The position numbers were made by a program, and so were the translations under genes. Source: Octopus vulgaris (taxonomy: Eukaryota). From it: DNA of 64,000 nt. The notes beneath the pieces were generated by a model. That model did not search any database. It worked only from the letters and a program-made list of their open reading frames with translations, and was not told the DNA's origin. Shown in pieces: positions 26,686 to 40,124 of the stretch; the first letter of the stretch is position 1; each line of letters begins with the position of its first letter. Location of the stretch: positions 12,524,001-12,588,000 of the forward strand of contig OX597827.1 of assembly GCA_951406725.2 (NCBI GenBank), read 5' to 3'.

Positions 26686-27735
26686 GTTCTTTTTTTTTTC
26701 CACATAATAAATCAGAAGAATTAGTATCTAACTCAAGAACAGGTAAGAATTGATACCTTGAAGGACATCCAGACACAGAAAAAACTGTCTTCATAAATCT
26801 CACCTAAACCATACTTGCATGGACAAAGCAGAAGTTAAAAATTATGATAACACAACAATAAGAACAACACTGAAGACGGTGATAATGATGATAACGATGA
26901 TGATGAATTAACGATTGTCACAGCACTGCATGATGTCAAAATGCGAATGGGTATGATCATTTAGCTGATAAGCTAACATTCCATTCTGTACTTATCATAT
27001 CTCCCTATATGTATGGCACAATATTATTCTATATCTCTTTCTATATATATTGTAGAATATGATGCAAGGAATAAAACAATCAAAATAATCCTTTAGCATA
27101 ATGTATAAAAAGCTTTTTGCTATAAAATAGTTTTAGTAAAATGCTAATTAAGAGTTTATATTTTTGCCATTTCTTATCCATTACGTCAATAATCTCCATT
27201 GTGTAAAGCAAAATATGGCAAAAAAATTCTTAATAATGAAACATGCCTTTTGCACTAAAACCTTAAGGTGGAGTATTAGCCAGATTAGGAAGATATTCCA
27301 ATTATATCTTAATAATTTGCTTTTGTTTTTACTCTAACTTTCTATTTCTCCCTTAGAATCTTATCATACATCATCATATTACACACACAAGTTCTTTTCT
27401 TTCCGGAACAGCTTTCATTCTCTGTAAAACGAGAATCGCAAGCTGGAGGCGATGGATGCAGGTGAACAAGTGTACGACAGGTCCAGGTACGAAGCAATGA
27501 ACACTCAGGAATAAAATGGCATAATGACAAATAACAAAAAAGAAAAGGGCATGAAAACAACAACAAAAAATAATCCCCGAAACTAACCAAAAAAAAAAAA
27601 AAAACCAAAAGCCAAAGAACTGCAAGTGGAGATAGTTAAGTTGATATCACTCGAATATATTGAAGAAATATCATTGAATATGAAACAAAATATTTCCTTT
27701 ATATTTTAGCTGAAACAATGTGTAGTTATGTTGTA

Positions 27736-28071
27736 TACTCTTTTACTCTTTTACTCTTTTACTCTTTTACTTGTTTCAGTCATTTGACTGCGGCCATGCT
27801 GGAGCACCGCCTTTAATCGAGCAACTCGACCCCGGGACTTATTCTTTTTGTAAGCCCAGTACTTATTCTATCGGTCTCTTTTGCCGAACCGCTAAGTGAC
27901 GGGGACGTAAACACACCAGCATCGGTTGTCAAGCAATGCTAGAGGGACAAACACAGACACACAAACATATACACACACATACATATATATATATATATAA
28001 CAGGGACGTAAACACACCAGCATCGGTTGTCAAGCAATGCTAGAGGGACAACCACAGACACACAAACATAT

Positions 28072-28112
<41 letters not shown>

Positions 28113-28279
28113 TACGACGGGCTTCTTTCAGTTTCCGTCTACCAAATCCACTCACAAGGCATTGGTCGGCCCGGGGCTATAGCAGAAGACACTTGCCCAA
28201 GATGCCACGCAACGGGACTGAACCCGGAACCATGTGGTTGGTAAGCAAGCTACTTACCACACAGCCACTCCTGTGCCTA
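27736..28279 (-). mobile_element. SINE family A with an internal duplication of about 100 bp
   Basis: GGGACGTAAACACACCAGCATCGGTTGTCAAGCAATGCTAGAGGGACAA occurs at about 27902 and 28003. Confidence 0.9.
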
Positions 28280-28680
28280 TATGTATAAGTTTGTTTGAAA
28301 GTATAGTTGAAATGAAAGCCAAGGTCAATACAGCAAAAGGGAATCAAAGAAAGTGAGTGATTCCAAGAAATATAAATGTGAATTATTTGAAGAAATGGAA
28401 AAAAAAAAAGCAACACAGAAAAGTTGCATTTTATGCTTAAACTAGAAAGCAAAGTGAATAAGAGAATACATAAAAAAAACATTTAAGCAGCTTTCCATAA
28501 ATTCTAACTTAATATACTTATACAGCTATACATGCAGGGATAAATAATGTATTTACTCCTCCCATATCTCTCTCTCTTTCTTCCTCTCTCTCAATAGATA
28601 GACACACATACATATATATGTATTATATGTGTGTATTCATACATATATACATACATGCATACATATATATATATATATAC

Positions 28681-28753
<73 letters not shown>

Positions 28754-29152
28754 CTCACACACACATACATATGTGTGTGTGTTTGTGTGTATGTATATGT
28801 ATATATAAATATATAAACATATATATATATATATATATGGGAGAGAGAGAGAGAGACGTAGATTGATATGGCTAGATAGATAGACAGACAAATAAAGATA
28901 TATATCTACTTATATGTAACCGCAAATACACATACACACACACACTCACTTACACACACACACACTCACACACATACTTTTGTATTATTTTTAATCAGCA
29001 GAAAGTTACAAAAGGGATTCAAGGCTTAAGAGTTTTGTGCATTAAATGCCATGCACAAGGATCTTGTAACTTTTGCAACTCTTTGCTGAATAAAATGGTA
29101 AAATAGCATAGGTACTCATGGACTGAGCTCTTTTTATCCTGAAAGAAGCCCA

Positions 29153-29183
<31 letters not shown>

Positions 29184-29718
29184 AGTGTGTATATGCATGT
29201 GTGCGTTTGTGTCTGAGTGTCTTGATATTATGTAGTAGTTCTACATGAGTGACACCATAATTTAAGGGGTTCCCAATCATCTATAAAAATATGTCTGGGC
29301 AGGGGGGAAAAATTACCTTGCTTTGAAACAGGTGAGAAATTGGCAACAGAATGGGTATAAGTCTATAGAAAAATTGCTTCGAAGCATTCTCTCCAACTCA
29401 TGGCAAAATGGTTAAAAATAATGATGATGATGATGATAAAGGTGATGAGATATATGTGTTATATATGTCTACCTCTCTCTCCCTTTCTCCTCTCTCTTTC
29501 TCTCTCCGTTATATGCGTGTATTTGTGTGTGTGTGTGTGTGTACGTAGATACATAGACATACATATGTGTATGTGTATGTGATGTGTATGTGTGTGTTTG
29601 AGTCTGTATATAAACATATATACACACGTTTTTGTGTGGGGACACACATATATATATATATTCATTCATTCAACTAAACCCCCACCTTTCACACACAGAC
29701 ATGCATATATATACATAT

Positions 29719-29767
<49 letters not shown>

Positions 29768-29844
29768 GTATATATATGTTTATATTTGTATGTGCACATA
29801 TATATATGTATATATGTATATATATGTATGTGCACACACACACA

Positions 29845-29890
<46 letters not shown>

Positions 29891-29908
29891 CATATATATA
29901 TGCATATG

Positions 29909-29952
<44 letters not shown>

Positions 29953-30451
29953 TGTGCAGATATATAAAAAGACTTGATAACTTGATAAATAAATTAATGT
30001 TTGCTAATTAGAATTTACCATCTGTAATTCTGTAACTTGGCCTCTTACATGTCTAGACTCTCATCAGGAAACTTGGAAAATTACTTCAACATGAATTTCT
30101 CCCAAGTTACAACAGAATGGTTTTAATTGCTGAACATGTACAGAGAACTAAATGAAGAACTTGAAAAACAACTCTTTAATTGAAAAATGTTTGTTTAAAT
30201 ACATGACTACAAAGTATGAAAGTATGATTTTCTTAGCGTTTGACCGGTGCCATTTTTAATCATACTTATTTTCCTCTTCCTACCTGCACTGTCTCTACCT
30301 CATCTTCTCACTTTATCTCTTCAACTGTAATAATGTTTTTCTTACTCTGACTCTTTCCAATTTTATCTAACTCACTGATGAGGAAAATTCATTTTTCTCC
30401 ATAACGAATGTGTCCAATCCTGGTCATGGCAAGGCAGGATAATTTCTTATA

Positions 30452-31230
30452 GGCTGAGTGGTAAGAAGCTTGCTTACCAACCACATGGTTTCAGGTTCAT
30501 TCCTACTGCATAGCACTTTGGGCAAGAGTTTTTACTATAGCCTTGGGCTGATCAAACCCTTGTAAGCAGATTCGGTAGACAGAATCTGAAAGAAGCCCAT
30601 CGTTTATGTATATATATATTACACTTTACACTTTACACTTTTACTTGTTTCAGTCATTTGACTGCGGCCATGCTGGAGCAACTCGATCCCGGGACTTATT
30701 CTTTTGTAAGCCCAGTACTTATTCTATCAGTCTCTTTTGCCGAACCGCTAAGTAACAGGGACATAAACACACCAGCTTCGGTTGTCAAGCAATGCTAGTG
30801 GGACAAACACACACACAAACACACACGCGCATATATATATATATATATAAGACAGGCTTCTTTCAGTTTCCGTCTACCAAATCCACTCACAAGGCTTTGG
30901 TCGGTCCGAGGCTATAGTAGAAGACACTTGCCCAAGGTGACACGCAGTGGGACTGAACCTGGAACCGTGTGGTTGGTAAGCAAGCTACTTACCACACAGC
31001 CACTCCTGCGCATATATGTTTATGTTTGTGTGTCTATGTTTGTCCCCACCCCACCATCACTTGATAACCAATGTTGGTGTGTTTATGTACCCATAACTTA
31101 GTGGTTCAGCAAAAGAGACTGATAGAATAAGTACCAGGCTACTTGCCTAAGGTGCCACACAGTGGTACTGAAACCAGAACCTTGTGGTTCGTAAGCAAGC
31201 TACTTACCACACAGCCACTCCTGCACCTAT
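30452..31230. mobile_element. Nested family A SINEs: young minus copy (about 30620-31012) inside an older plus copy, plus an extra head fragment
   Basis: Plus head 30452-30617 and plus tail 31020-31140 flank an antisense full copy. Confidence 0.8.
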
Positions 31231-31871
31231 ATCTTTATATTTATGCACACACACACGTGCACGCACACACACAAACACACACACTCATGCATACACACAA
31301 AATAGGCTTCAGTTTTGCCTACAAAATTCACTCGCAAGGCTTTGGTTCGCTGAGAACTGTAGTGTAGGACAGTCACCCAAGGCACTCCACAGAAAGAATA
31401 TGTTGTCGTAAGTTTGCCACTGATAATTAGGTTGATAGAATATCGACTAATCAGCAGAACAGTTGATCAGAAAGTAATGAGTTATCAGAAGCACATCATT
31501 ATATTCATTAGATGGTAACCTTATTTTTGCCAGTTTGGACTAATTGGCTTTATATAGATTCTAAAGGATGGAATTAGCTACTTTGTAATTGATTAATGCT
31601 TTATTAGGTTTTGTTATTGTGTTAAGGTTTAAGGTGGCAAGCTGGCAGAACTGTTAGAACACTGGGGGAAATGCTTTAGCAGTATTTCGTCTGCTGCTAT
31701 GTTCTGAGTTCAAATTCTGCTGAGGTCAACTTTACCTATCATCCTTTCGGGGGTCGATAAATTAAGTACCAATTATGTGTTGGTGTCGATGGAATCGACT
31801 AGCCTCTTTCCCCAAAAAAATTTTCAAGGCCTTGTACCTAGAGTAGAAATAGTTATTATGTTAAGCTTTCC

Positions 31872-32104
31872 TTTCATCTCAATCGAAGGAGAGGGGCTTT
31901 CTCCGTCCGGGTTGCGGATCCATGGAATAAGCTGCCGGACGAGATAGTGAAGATGCTGACGACCGCTCGGTTCAAAGTCTCCCTTGACCACAAATGGCCT
32001 GAACTCTTTGCATGAACACCACCCTGTACATAACTCCATGTCCCCCTACATGGCCTTGCTTTTTGCTTTTTGAGCCAAAAAATTAACTAACTAACTAACT
32101 AACT
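31872..32104 (+). mobile_element. 3' end of a CR1-clade LINE with (TAAC)n tail
   Basis: FHLNRRRGAFSVRVADPWNKLPDEIVKMLTTARFKVSLDHKWPELFA* matches the CR1 'FS.RV...WN.LP...FK..LD' C-terminus; tandem TAAC tail. Confidence 0.85.
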
Positions 32105-33380
32105 TATGGGATGGGAGAAGACACTTGGAGAGCATTTTTAGTGCTATGTTTCAGCCAAGGCCTCAGTCTTTTAGTCAGCGCTGCCATTGGATCTGAGTTC
32201 TAGTTCTAATTCTTTTATCTTTCATCCGTTACTTGTCTCAGACATTGGATTGTGGCCATGCTGGGGCACTGCCTTGAAGGATTTTAGCCAAACAAATCAA
32301 TACCAGTACTTACTATTTTCAAGTCTGGTTCTTATTTTATTGGTCTCTTTTGCCGAAATGCTAAATTACTGGGACATAAACAAACTAACAGTGGTTGTCA
32401 AGCAGTGAATGGAGTACAAACACAAAATATGAGATCTTGTATGGTGTTATAGCAAAGATTCTCAACCCCTAAGTGGTGCATCTTCCTAAGGAATTAGCTA
32501 TGATAAGCAAGAGGAAATTTAGTACCTCTTCATACATACACCCAAGAATAATTAACCTCATTAAGGCAGAGAGCTGGCAGAATTGTTAGCATGAATGCTT
32601 AGTTGTATTTCATCTGCCATTATGTTCTGAGTTCAAATTCCTCCAAAGTTGACTTTGCCTTTCATCCTTTCGCGGTCGATTAAATAAGTACCAGTCATGC
32701 ACTGCGGTCGATGTAATTGGCTTAATTCCTTTGTCTCTCCTTGTTTGCCCCCTCTATGTTTAGCCCCCTGAGAGAAATAAAGAAAGAAATAATTACCCCC
32801 ATTGCCCCACTCTTGCTACATCTGTGGTCTTGTGCCTTACACTGAAAATCAATATCATAAAAAAACTATGGGACTGTACCTGTAATTTATGGAATGATCA
32901 ATAAACTGATTTAAATATGAATAATACTAGGGGCTACTTCAGAACAGGTGATATATAATATAAGGTTCAAATGTACAGCCAAAAGACAGAGACAGGTGAA
33001 GGAACAACAAGCAGGTGGATTAGTTTGACACTCAGGAAAAATGGAATAGTTTTTGACGTTTCAGGCTATGGCCTTCAGTAGAAAAGGATGAGGGGGAAAA
33101 AAATGGAGAAAGAAAAAAATGTGGCAAGATTAACGATTCTACATGTTGAAATGACCAGAAGGAAGAGAATATATAATAAGGCATATTTTGGGATGATTTA
33201 ATGCAAAGAGCTTGATGGATAAAGGATTAGAAGCCAGGATTTAATGATTCATAAGTTCTAAGGTAAGAGAAATTGAACACAGTATGTCGAGATTACGAGT
33301 AAATAACATGATATTTTAATATATTTCCCACATATTTTGCTATTTTTACTTTTACATACACGCATATATATATATGTATG

Positions 33381-33456
<76 letters not shown>

Positions 33457-33519
33457 CATATATATATATATATATATACATATACATATGTACACATAAA
33501 CATATATAAGTAAATACCT

Positions 33520-34225
33520 ACACACACATTTACACATACATACATACATACATACATACATACATTCATGCTTATATACATACACACAAACACATACATA
33601 TATGTGTATATATACATACCAATATAAATACCTATACATACACACATACATACATGTGTTCATGCATGCATACATACACACACACACACACATTTACACA
33701 TACATACATACATACATACATACATACATGCATGCCTGCATGCATACATACATACATACATACATACATACAAACATACATACATACATACCTACATACA
33801 CACATACATACATACATACATACATACATAGATACATACATACATGCATGCCTGCATGCATACATACATACATACATACATACAAACGTACATACATACA
33901 TACATAAAAAATACAAATCTGCACATACATACATACATACATACATACATACATACATACATACATACATACATACATACATACATACATACATACATAC
34001 ATACATACATACATACATACATACCTACATACACACATACATACATACATACATACATAGATACATACATACATGCATGCCTGCATGCATACATACATAC
34101 ATAGATACATACATACATACATACATACATACATACATACATACATACATACATACATACATACATACATACATACATACATACATACATACATACCTGC
34201 ATACATGCATACATATATGCATACT
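33520..34225. repeat. Long imperfect (TACA)n microsatellite with higher-order repeated variants
   Basis: Continuous TACA units with recurring CATGCATGCCTGCATG interruptions. Confidence 0.95.
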
Positions 34226-34549
34226 TAGATCAGATTTCCTCCAACTTCTTAGAGGAGTTACCTGATCACATCCAGAATTTCCCTCTCTGTCACTCAAACA
34301 CACAGTCACAATGTAAAATGGAACCATTGTTATTTGTTAAGATTCTTCTATTTGCCGAGGAATATGTGTAAATGTCATATTTTTCTTTTTAATACAAAGT
34401 AATTGAATCTCAAGAGTCTCTCAGAGTTTTTGGAACGGTGAATATAGTGGAAGAATCAAGACAAAAAGAAGAAACATAAAAACATTTGTGCTCGCTTTTA
34501 TACTGATAGGAATGTATATGTCAATATTACAAACATACACAGAAGAAAA

Positions 34550-34788
<239 letters not shown>

Positions 34789-35035
34789 GTGTGTGTGTGT
34801 TGATATATGTAGTAGATATAAGATATTATTCATATACAAGAATGCTGTTGACAGTGACTTTGAAGTTTCGGCCTACTAAGCCATAATGATGACTTTGCTG
34901 GCCAACACTTCAAAGTTACTGTCAATAACATTTTTCTGTAAGAACAATAAACTTGTACTCTACTAAATATAGAGTAAACCATCAGATTAATGTAAAATAG
35001 TTTTTATTATAACTGAACATAAAAGTGAACATTTA

Positions 35036-35070
<35 letters not shown>

Positions 35071-35077
35071 CAATATA

Positions 35078-35482
35078 CTTTTTTACTCTTTTACTTGTTT
35101 CAGTCATTTCACTGCGGCCATGCTGGAGCACCGCCTTTAGTCGAGCAAATCGACCCCAGGACTTATTCTTTGTAAGCCCAGTACTTATTCTATTGGTCTG
35201 TTTTGCCGAACCGCTAAGTGACGGGGACATAAACACACCAGCATCGGTTGTCAAGCAATGCTAGGGGGACAGACACAGACACACAAACATACACGTACAC
35301 ATACATATATATGCATATATACGACGGGCTTCTTTCAGTTTCCGTCTACCAAATCCACTCACAAGGCTTTGGTCGGCCCGAGGCTATAGCAGAAGACACT
35401 TGCCCAACGTGCCACGCAATGGGACTGAACCCGGAACCATGTGGTTGGTAAGCAAGATACTTACCACACAGCCACTCCTGCA
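35078..35482 (-). mobile_element. SINE family A, full length
   Basis: Homologous to 883-1297. Confidence 0.9.
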
Positions 35483-35487
35483 TATTG

Positions 35488-35525
<38 letters not shown>

Positions 35526-35832
35526 CAATATATAAACACACACACACACACACATATATATATGCTCATCTTTGTCATCCATTTTTGTTATTGTTGCATA
35601 AGACATACTGAAGTCATTGATGCAAATTTTCTACTACTACCTGGTTCCCTTCCTGTTACCAACCTTCACCTGTTTCCAAGCAAGGTAATATTTCCACATT
35701 TCCTACACGGATCATGGCCTGATATGTTTTTCATGGAAAACTGAAATTGAACAACATCACTTGTATGATGGTGATGCTTGTTTACAACCATCTCTCTAAT
35801 GTATATATATGATTCCAGAAAGAGAATTCATC

Positions 35833-36330
35833 CCAGCCCTGGCTGGCCATGTGTGGCACCTCAAAGATCAAGTGACCACATATGATATCAAGTGGATGAT
35901 CTTAAAACACCTGGGCCCCTACATCAATGAGAGTGAATATTGCATACTCTGTATAGCAGAGTGAGCCAGAGGTCTTCAAGACTTCCTTAAACCGGGTTCA
36001 CAGAATATTCACCAAGAAATATTCACACAATGTATCCATTTCAAGCACTACATACTGCCAAACTGGGATTCCCTGTTCACTGATTAAGGTTGTAAGAGTC
36101 CCTATTCCCCAAATAGCTGCTCTAGAAAAGATAACCCAACCTCACCAATGCCAGACCCTTTTATTGTCTGATGACCTTTTGACCAACTGACCATAACAAC
36201 TTTCCACCTCTGAGAGGTGAAGATTTAAATTTTTCTTTGTATAGAGTCTGATGGGCAGTTCACAAAGCTGTGGCTCTCATGGACGTGAAACCATTGGTCA
36301 CTCTTTGACCAGACTTTAACTTTATTGCTT
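35833..36330 (+). mobile_element. Penelope-like retroelement 3' relic: GIY-YIG C-terminus (35833-36087) plus pseudo-LTR with hammerhead
   Basis: PALAGHVWHLKDQVTTYDIKWMILKHLGPYINESEYCILCIAE*ARGLQDFLKPGSQNIHQEIFTQCIHFKHYILPNW matches the Penelope 'L..HIW.LK....Y.I.W.IL....Y......C.LC..E...C.H' terminus; one internal TGA. Confidence 0.85.
36243..36304 (+). ncRNA. Degenerate type I hammerhead ribozyme of the Penelope-like element
   Basis: AGAGT-CTGATGG-[stem II region]-GAAA-CCATTGG-TC-ACTCT: perfect stem I and stem III, GUC site, core A-to-G change. Confidence 0.6.
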
Positions 36331-36656
36331 TAATACACACACACACACATTATTTAATAGTCACAATAGATGATTTTATGTGTTACTAATAGTTTCTTGT
36401 GGGCTGTGCCTGATGACTGTACTGAGTTGTTAGACATATAATACATTGTTTGGCATGTTCTCAGCATAAAAGATTGTTTGTAGCCCATATTGCTTCTATT
36501 ATTGTTTCTGTTAAATAATATTTATCTCTCAGCAGATGGAATACTTTTTTTGTTGATCTTTCATTACCGAAAAATATATCATATACATATATCGATATAT
36601 ATCACCCCAGAGCTATAGTAGAAGATACTTGCTCAAGGTGCCATATATATATATAT

Positions 36657-36718
<62 letters not shown>

Positions 36719-36825
36719 CATCATCATCATCATCATCATTTAGCGTCCGTTTTCCATGCTAGCATGGGTTGGACGGTTCTACTGGGGTCTGTGAAGCCAG
36801 AAGGCTTCATATATATATACATTAT

Positions 36826-37145
36826 GGCACCCTGTCACTTATGATGATAAAGATTCCAGTTGATTCAATCAATGGGACAGCCTGCTCATGAAATGAATGT
36901 GCATGTGGATGAGCACTCCACAGATATATTTACCCTTAACATAGTTCTCAGGGAGATTCAACATGACACAGAGTGTGACAAGGCTGGCCCTTTGAAATAC
37001 AGGTACAACTCATTTTTGGCAGGTGAGTGGACTGGAGCAACATGAAATAAGTGTCTTGTATAAGGACACAAGGTGTCACCAGGAATTGAACTCATGACCT
37101 TACGATTGTGAGCTGAATACCCTAACTACTATGCTATGCACCTTC
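36826..37145 (-). mobile_element. Older SINE related to family C
   Basis: Shares CAGCCTGCTC.TGAAAT...GAGCACTCCACAGA...GGCCCTTTGAAATACAGGTACAAC with 21071-21194. Confidence 0.75.
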
Positions 37146-37171
37146 ATATATATATGTGTGGCGGGTGTATT

Positions 37172-37202
<31 letters not shown>

Positions 37203-37748
37203 GTAAATAGGGATACATATAAGTATATGTGTGTACATGTACATGCATGTGTATATGTGTTGTCTATGTGCACATGTATGTGTGTGTGTGCATGTGTGTA
37301 TGTGTGGTTATAAAACCTAAAATGCACATTTATTGTCAATGTAAAACAAACAATGTTTGTCATATGAAATCATCATGGTGTCAACTGATATAACACATCT
37401 ACTCTGAGATTGACCAATAATCTGTTGTTCTTCAACCACTTGCACCAGTTGTACATCATTGCTTCAGCACCACCCATTAGCGACTGTTGCCAGTGGAATT
37501 TCCACAAAATCTCAACATTCCCCCAAAACTGTGCAAGTTTTATGTTTGTTCTTTTGTTATTGAGAAATATTCCCAACAGCTTTAGAGAAAATAAACAAAA
37601 AACAAAACAATTCGAAAAGAAGAAAAAAAAACAGGAATGAGAACATCCAATTTATCCAGGAGTGTTCAATTATTTGCTGCCGGTAAATTGCCATAAATGG
37701 AACCAATTAAGGGATAAGCATCACTAAAGTTAATTAATGCAAAATATA

Positions 37749-37757
37749 ACTTACCTG
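37749..37757 (-). other. Consensus splice donor (phase 0) ending the protocadherin exon
   Basis: Minus strand CAG|GTAAGT, a perfect consensus, six codons before the ORF stop. Confidence 0.85.
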
Positions 37758-40124
37758 GGAGGGAGCTGGAAGTCTTCTGGCTATTGTCGCTATTTTCAGA
37801 CTATTTGTATCAGCAGAATTGTATAAACTTCTTGATTCTATTGTAGGTGTACATCTTCCACTTGTGTCATTAGTGCTTCGAGATGCAGAAACGAGGTTAT
37901 TAGATTGAGAAACTAAATGATATATTTCACTCCTCTCTGGATTTGATTGGTCTATTGGCGTTGCGCGTTGGACACGCCGACCGTTTTTATATCTGATAAT
38001 GCATGCTATCATAGAAACCAAAATAACTACCAAAACTATCATAGCTGCAAATGTGATTACGGCTACCAAATAAAGAGGAATATAATTGCCGGACTTTCTG
38101 CTCTGAGCAGATAATGATGTTTTGTTACTGACAGACAGTGTCAATGAGAGAGTTGTTGTTGCTGAGAGAACTGGTGTGCCGCTGTCTTTGACAACAGCCT
38201 TTAAGTCATAAGATCCAGCATCGTTTTGATATACTGCACGGGAAAAAGATAACATGCCAGTGTAGGGATTTATAAGAAATAACTGTTTGTCATTACCACC
38301 AGTTATTTCATATTTGAGAAATGCATTTCTTGGACTGTCCCTGTCTGATGCTTTTAATACTGTGATGTCATTCTTGCTCTGAGGATGATAGTGGATATCT
38401 AAACTGAAGGGGTTAATGCTAGGAAAGGTGAAATAGGGAGCATTGTCGTTCTCATCAACAACTTCAACAATAACATTTGATGTGCTATTTAGAGAGGGTC
38501 TCCCATTGTCTCTGACAAATACTTCAAATTTATATATTTCTTGCTGTTCTCTATCAAGTGGCTGTGATGTTAAAATGAATCCGGTGTCTGTAATCTGAAA
38601 AGGAAGGATTCGGTTTTTGTTTTGTAAAAAAAAGAATGTTAATTGTCCTCCATCACCCAAATCTTCATCTGTTGCATTAATAAATCCAACTGGGAAGTTG
38701 GATTTTTCATTTTCATAAACTAAGAATCGGAAGTTCTCTTTTGTAAAACGAGGTTTTACATCGTTGACATCAGTAATTTGAACAGAGAATTTTCTTTTAG
38801 TCCTCAGAGGAGGTAATCCTTTATCTTGGCAGGAAATACTTATTTCATAATGGTCCTTAATTTCTCTGTCAACTGGTTTCTTCAAAGTAACTTTGTATTC
38901 TTTGAAGTCTAAATTTTGCAGCTGGAAATGGTCATGCTGGAGATCACAGTTGACTCGACCATTTGGCCCAATGTCATTGTCAGTCACTTTCACAAAAGCA
39001 ATAAAAGCACCAACTTTAATGTTTTCTGAAATTGATAATGTATTCTCTCTTAATCCAGACACAAAATTAACATCTATTATCGGGGCATTATTTTGTTGGT
39101 TGGTAATATTTATCAGCACCATAGCAAGATGAGTAAGAGGTGGATTCCCACCATCTTTGGCTTCAACATATAACTGAAATAATTCTTTATGTCCAGAAGG
39201 AAGTTTTTCCCGTTGGAAAATTTCCCCAGTATGCTTGTTTAATTTGAAATAACTTCTAGTCGCTTCCGATGTTTGAGAACTGAAATAATATAAAACTTGT
39301 CCATTTTCATGTATATCCAAATCTTTTGCTGATAAAATAATAACAGGTTTGTTCCTCAAATTTGTGTTTTCTATAAAAACATGATATTCATTTTTGAGGA
39401 AAACTGGAGGGTTATCGTTAACATCTGTTACAGTTATTTTAACATTTAATGTGCTCTGTTTTGGGGGAAAACCTCCATCTTTTGCAATCACTTGAAGACT
39501 GTATGAATCTTTCACTTCTCTGTCAAGTTCCACAGCCAATACAATTTCTAGTTTAGCAGTTCCATCAACTCTTTTAGATACTGACAACGTAAAGGGTGTA
39601 TCAAGTCTTTTCTGGAACTCATATGAAATCTGTGAGTTTTCAATTCCAACATCTTTATCAATTGCATTTGGTAGAGAATGCGACATACCTTTTCTGTCTC
39701 CTTCTGAGAAGGTAAGGTTTACCTGCCTTACAGGAAATTCAGGTGTATTATCATTGATATCTTGTATAAATACTTTGATTTTTAAAACATCCACAAAAGT
39801 TTCGTCCTTATGAACAGCAACGTGAAGAATTCTAGAGCATTCGGTATTGTATTTACAGAGCGATTCAGCATCAATATTCTGTGATGTGTACAATTTCCCT
39901 GTTTTTGAAACGTTAAATAAAGAAACGATGCTAAATTTACTCATCCTTAATAAACTAAATGTTACCAAATCATTATCCAGAAGAGATATGCCATCCAGCA
40001 GCTGCTTGTCTGCGGCTATATCTCCAATATAGGTACCGACATGTTTCCTTTCCTCTACATAGTAGGTGAGGTGCACAGCAAGACAAGGAGGAAGAAATAA
40101 AGCCAGCCATAGTGTAAGAAACAT
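37755..40124 (-). CDS. Protocadherin, large coding exon: signal peptide + EC1-EC6 + TM + start of cytoplasmic tail (coleoid-type). If the intron is not spliced, the frame reads on to TAA at 37734.
   Basis: 805-codon ORF. The track start at 40151 is GTG; the first ATG (40124) begins a signal peptide, MFLTLWLALFLPPCLA. Cadherin linkers DINDNTPEF, DVNDNPPVF, NQQNNAPII, DVNDVKPRF, DENDNAPYF. LDRE/VDRE and DxD motifs. EC1 Cys-X5-Cys (CKYNTEC), typical of protocadherins. TM LYLVAVITFAAMIVLVVILVSMIACII followed by RYKNGRR. CAG|GTAAGT donor after Gln799 of the ORF. Confidence 0.96.

Noticed and set aside
26716-26748. Apparent 27-nt plus-strand exon with a CAG|GTAAGA donor
   Set aside because: The donor lies in a decayed family D-type repeat (AACAGGT...GAAGGACATCCAG).
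38893-40032. Plus-strand ORFs inside the protocadherin exon
   Set aside because: Short antisense shadows of the real coding frame.
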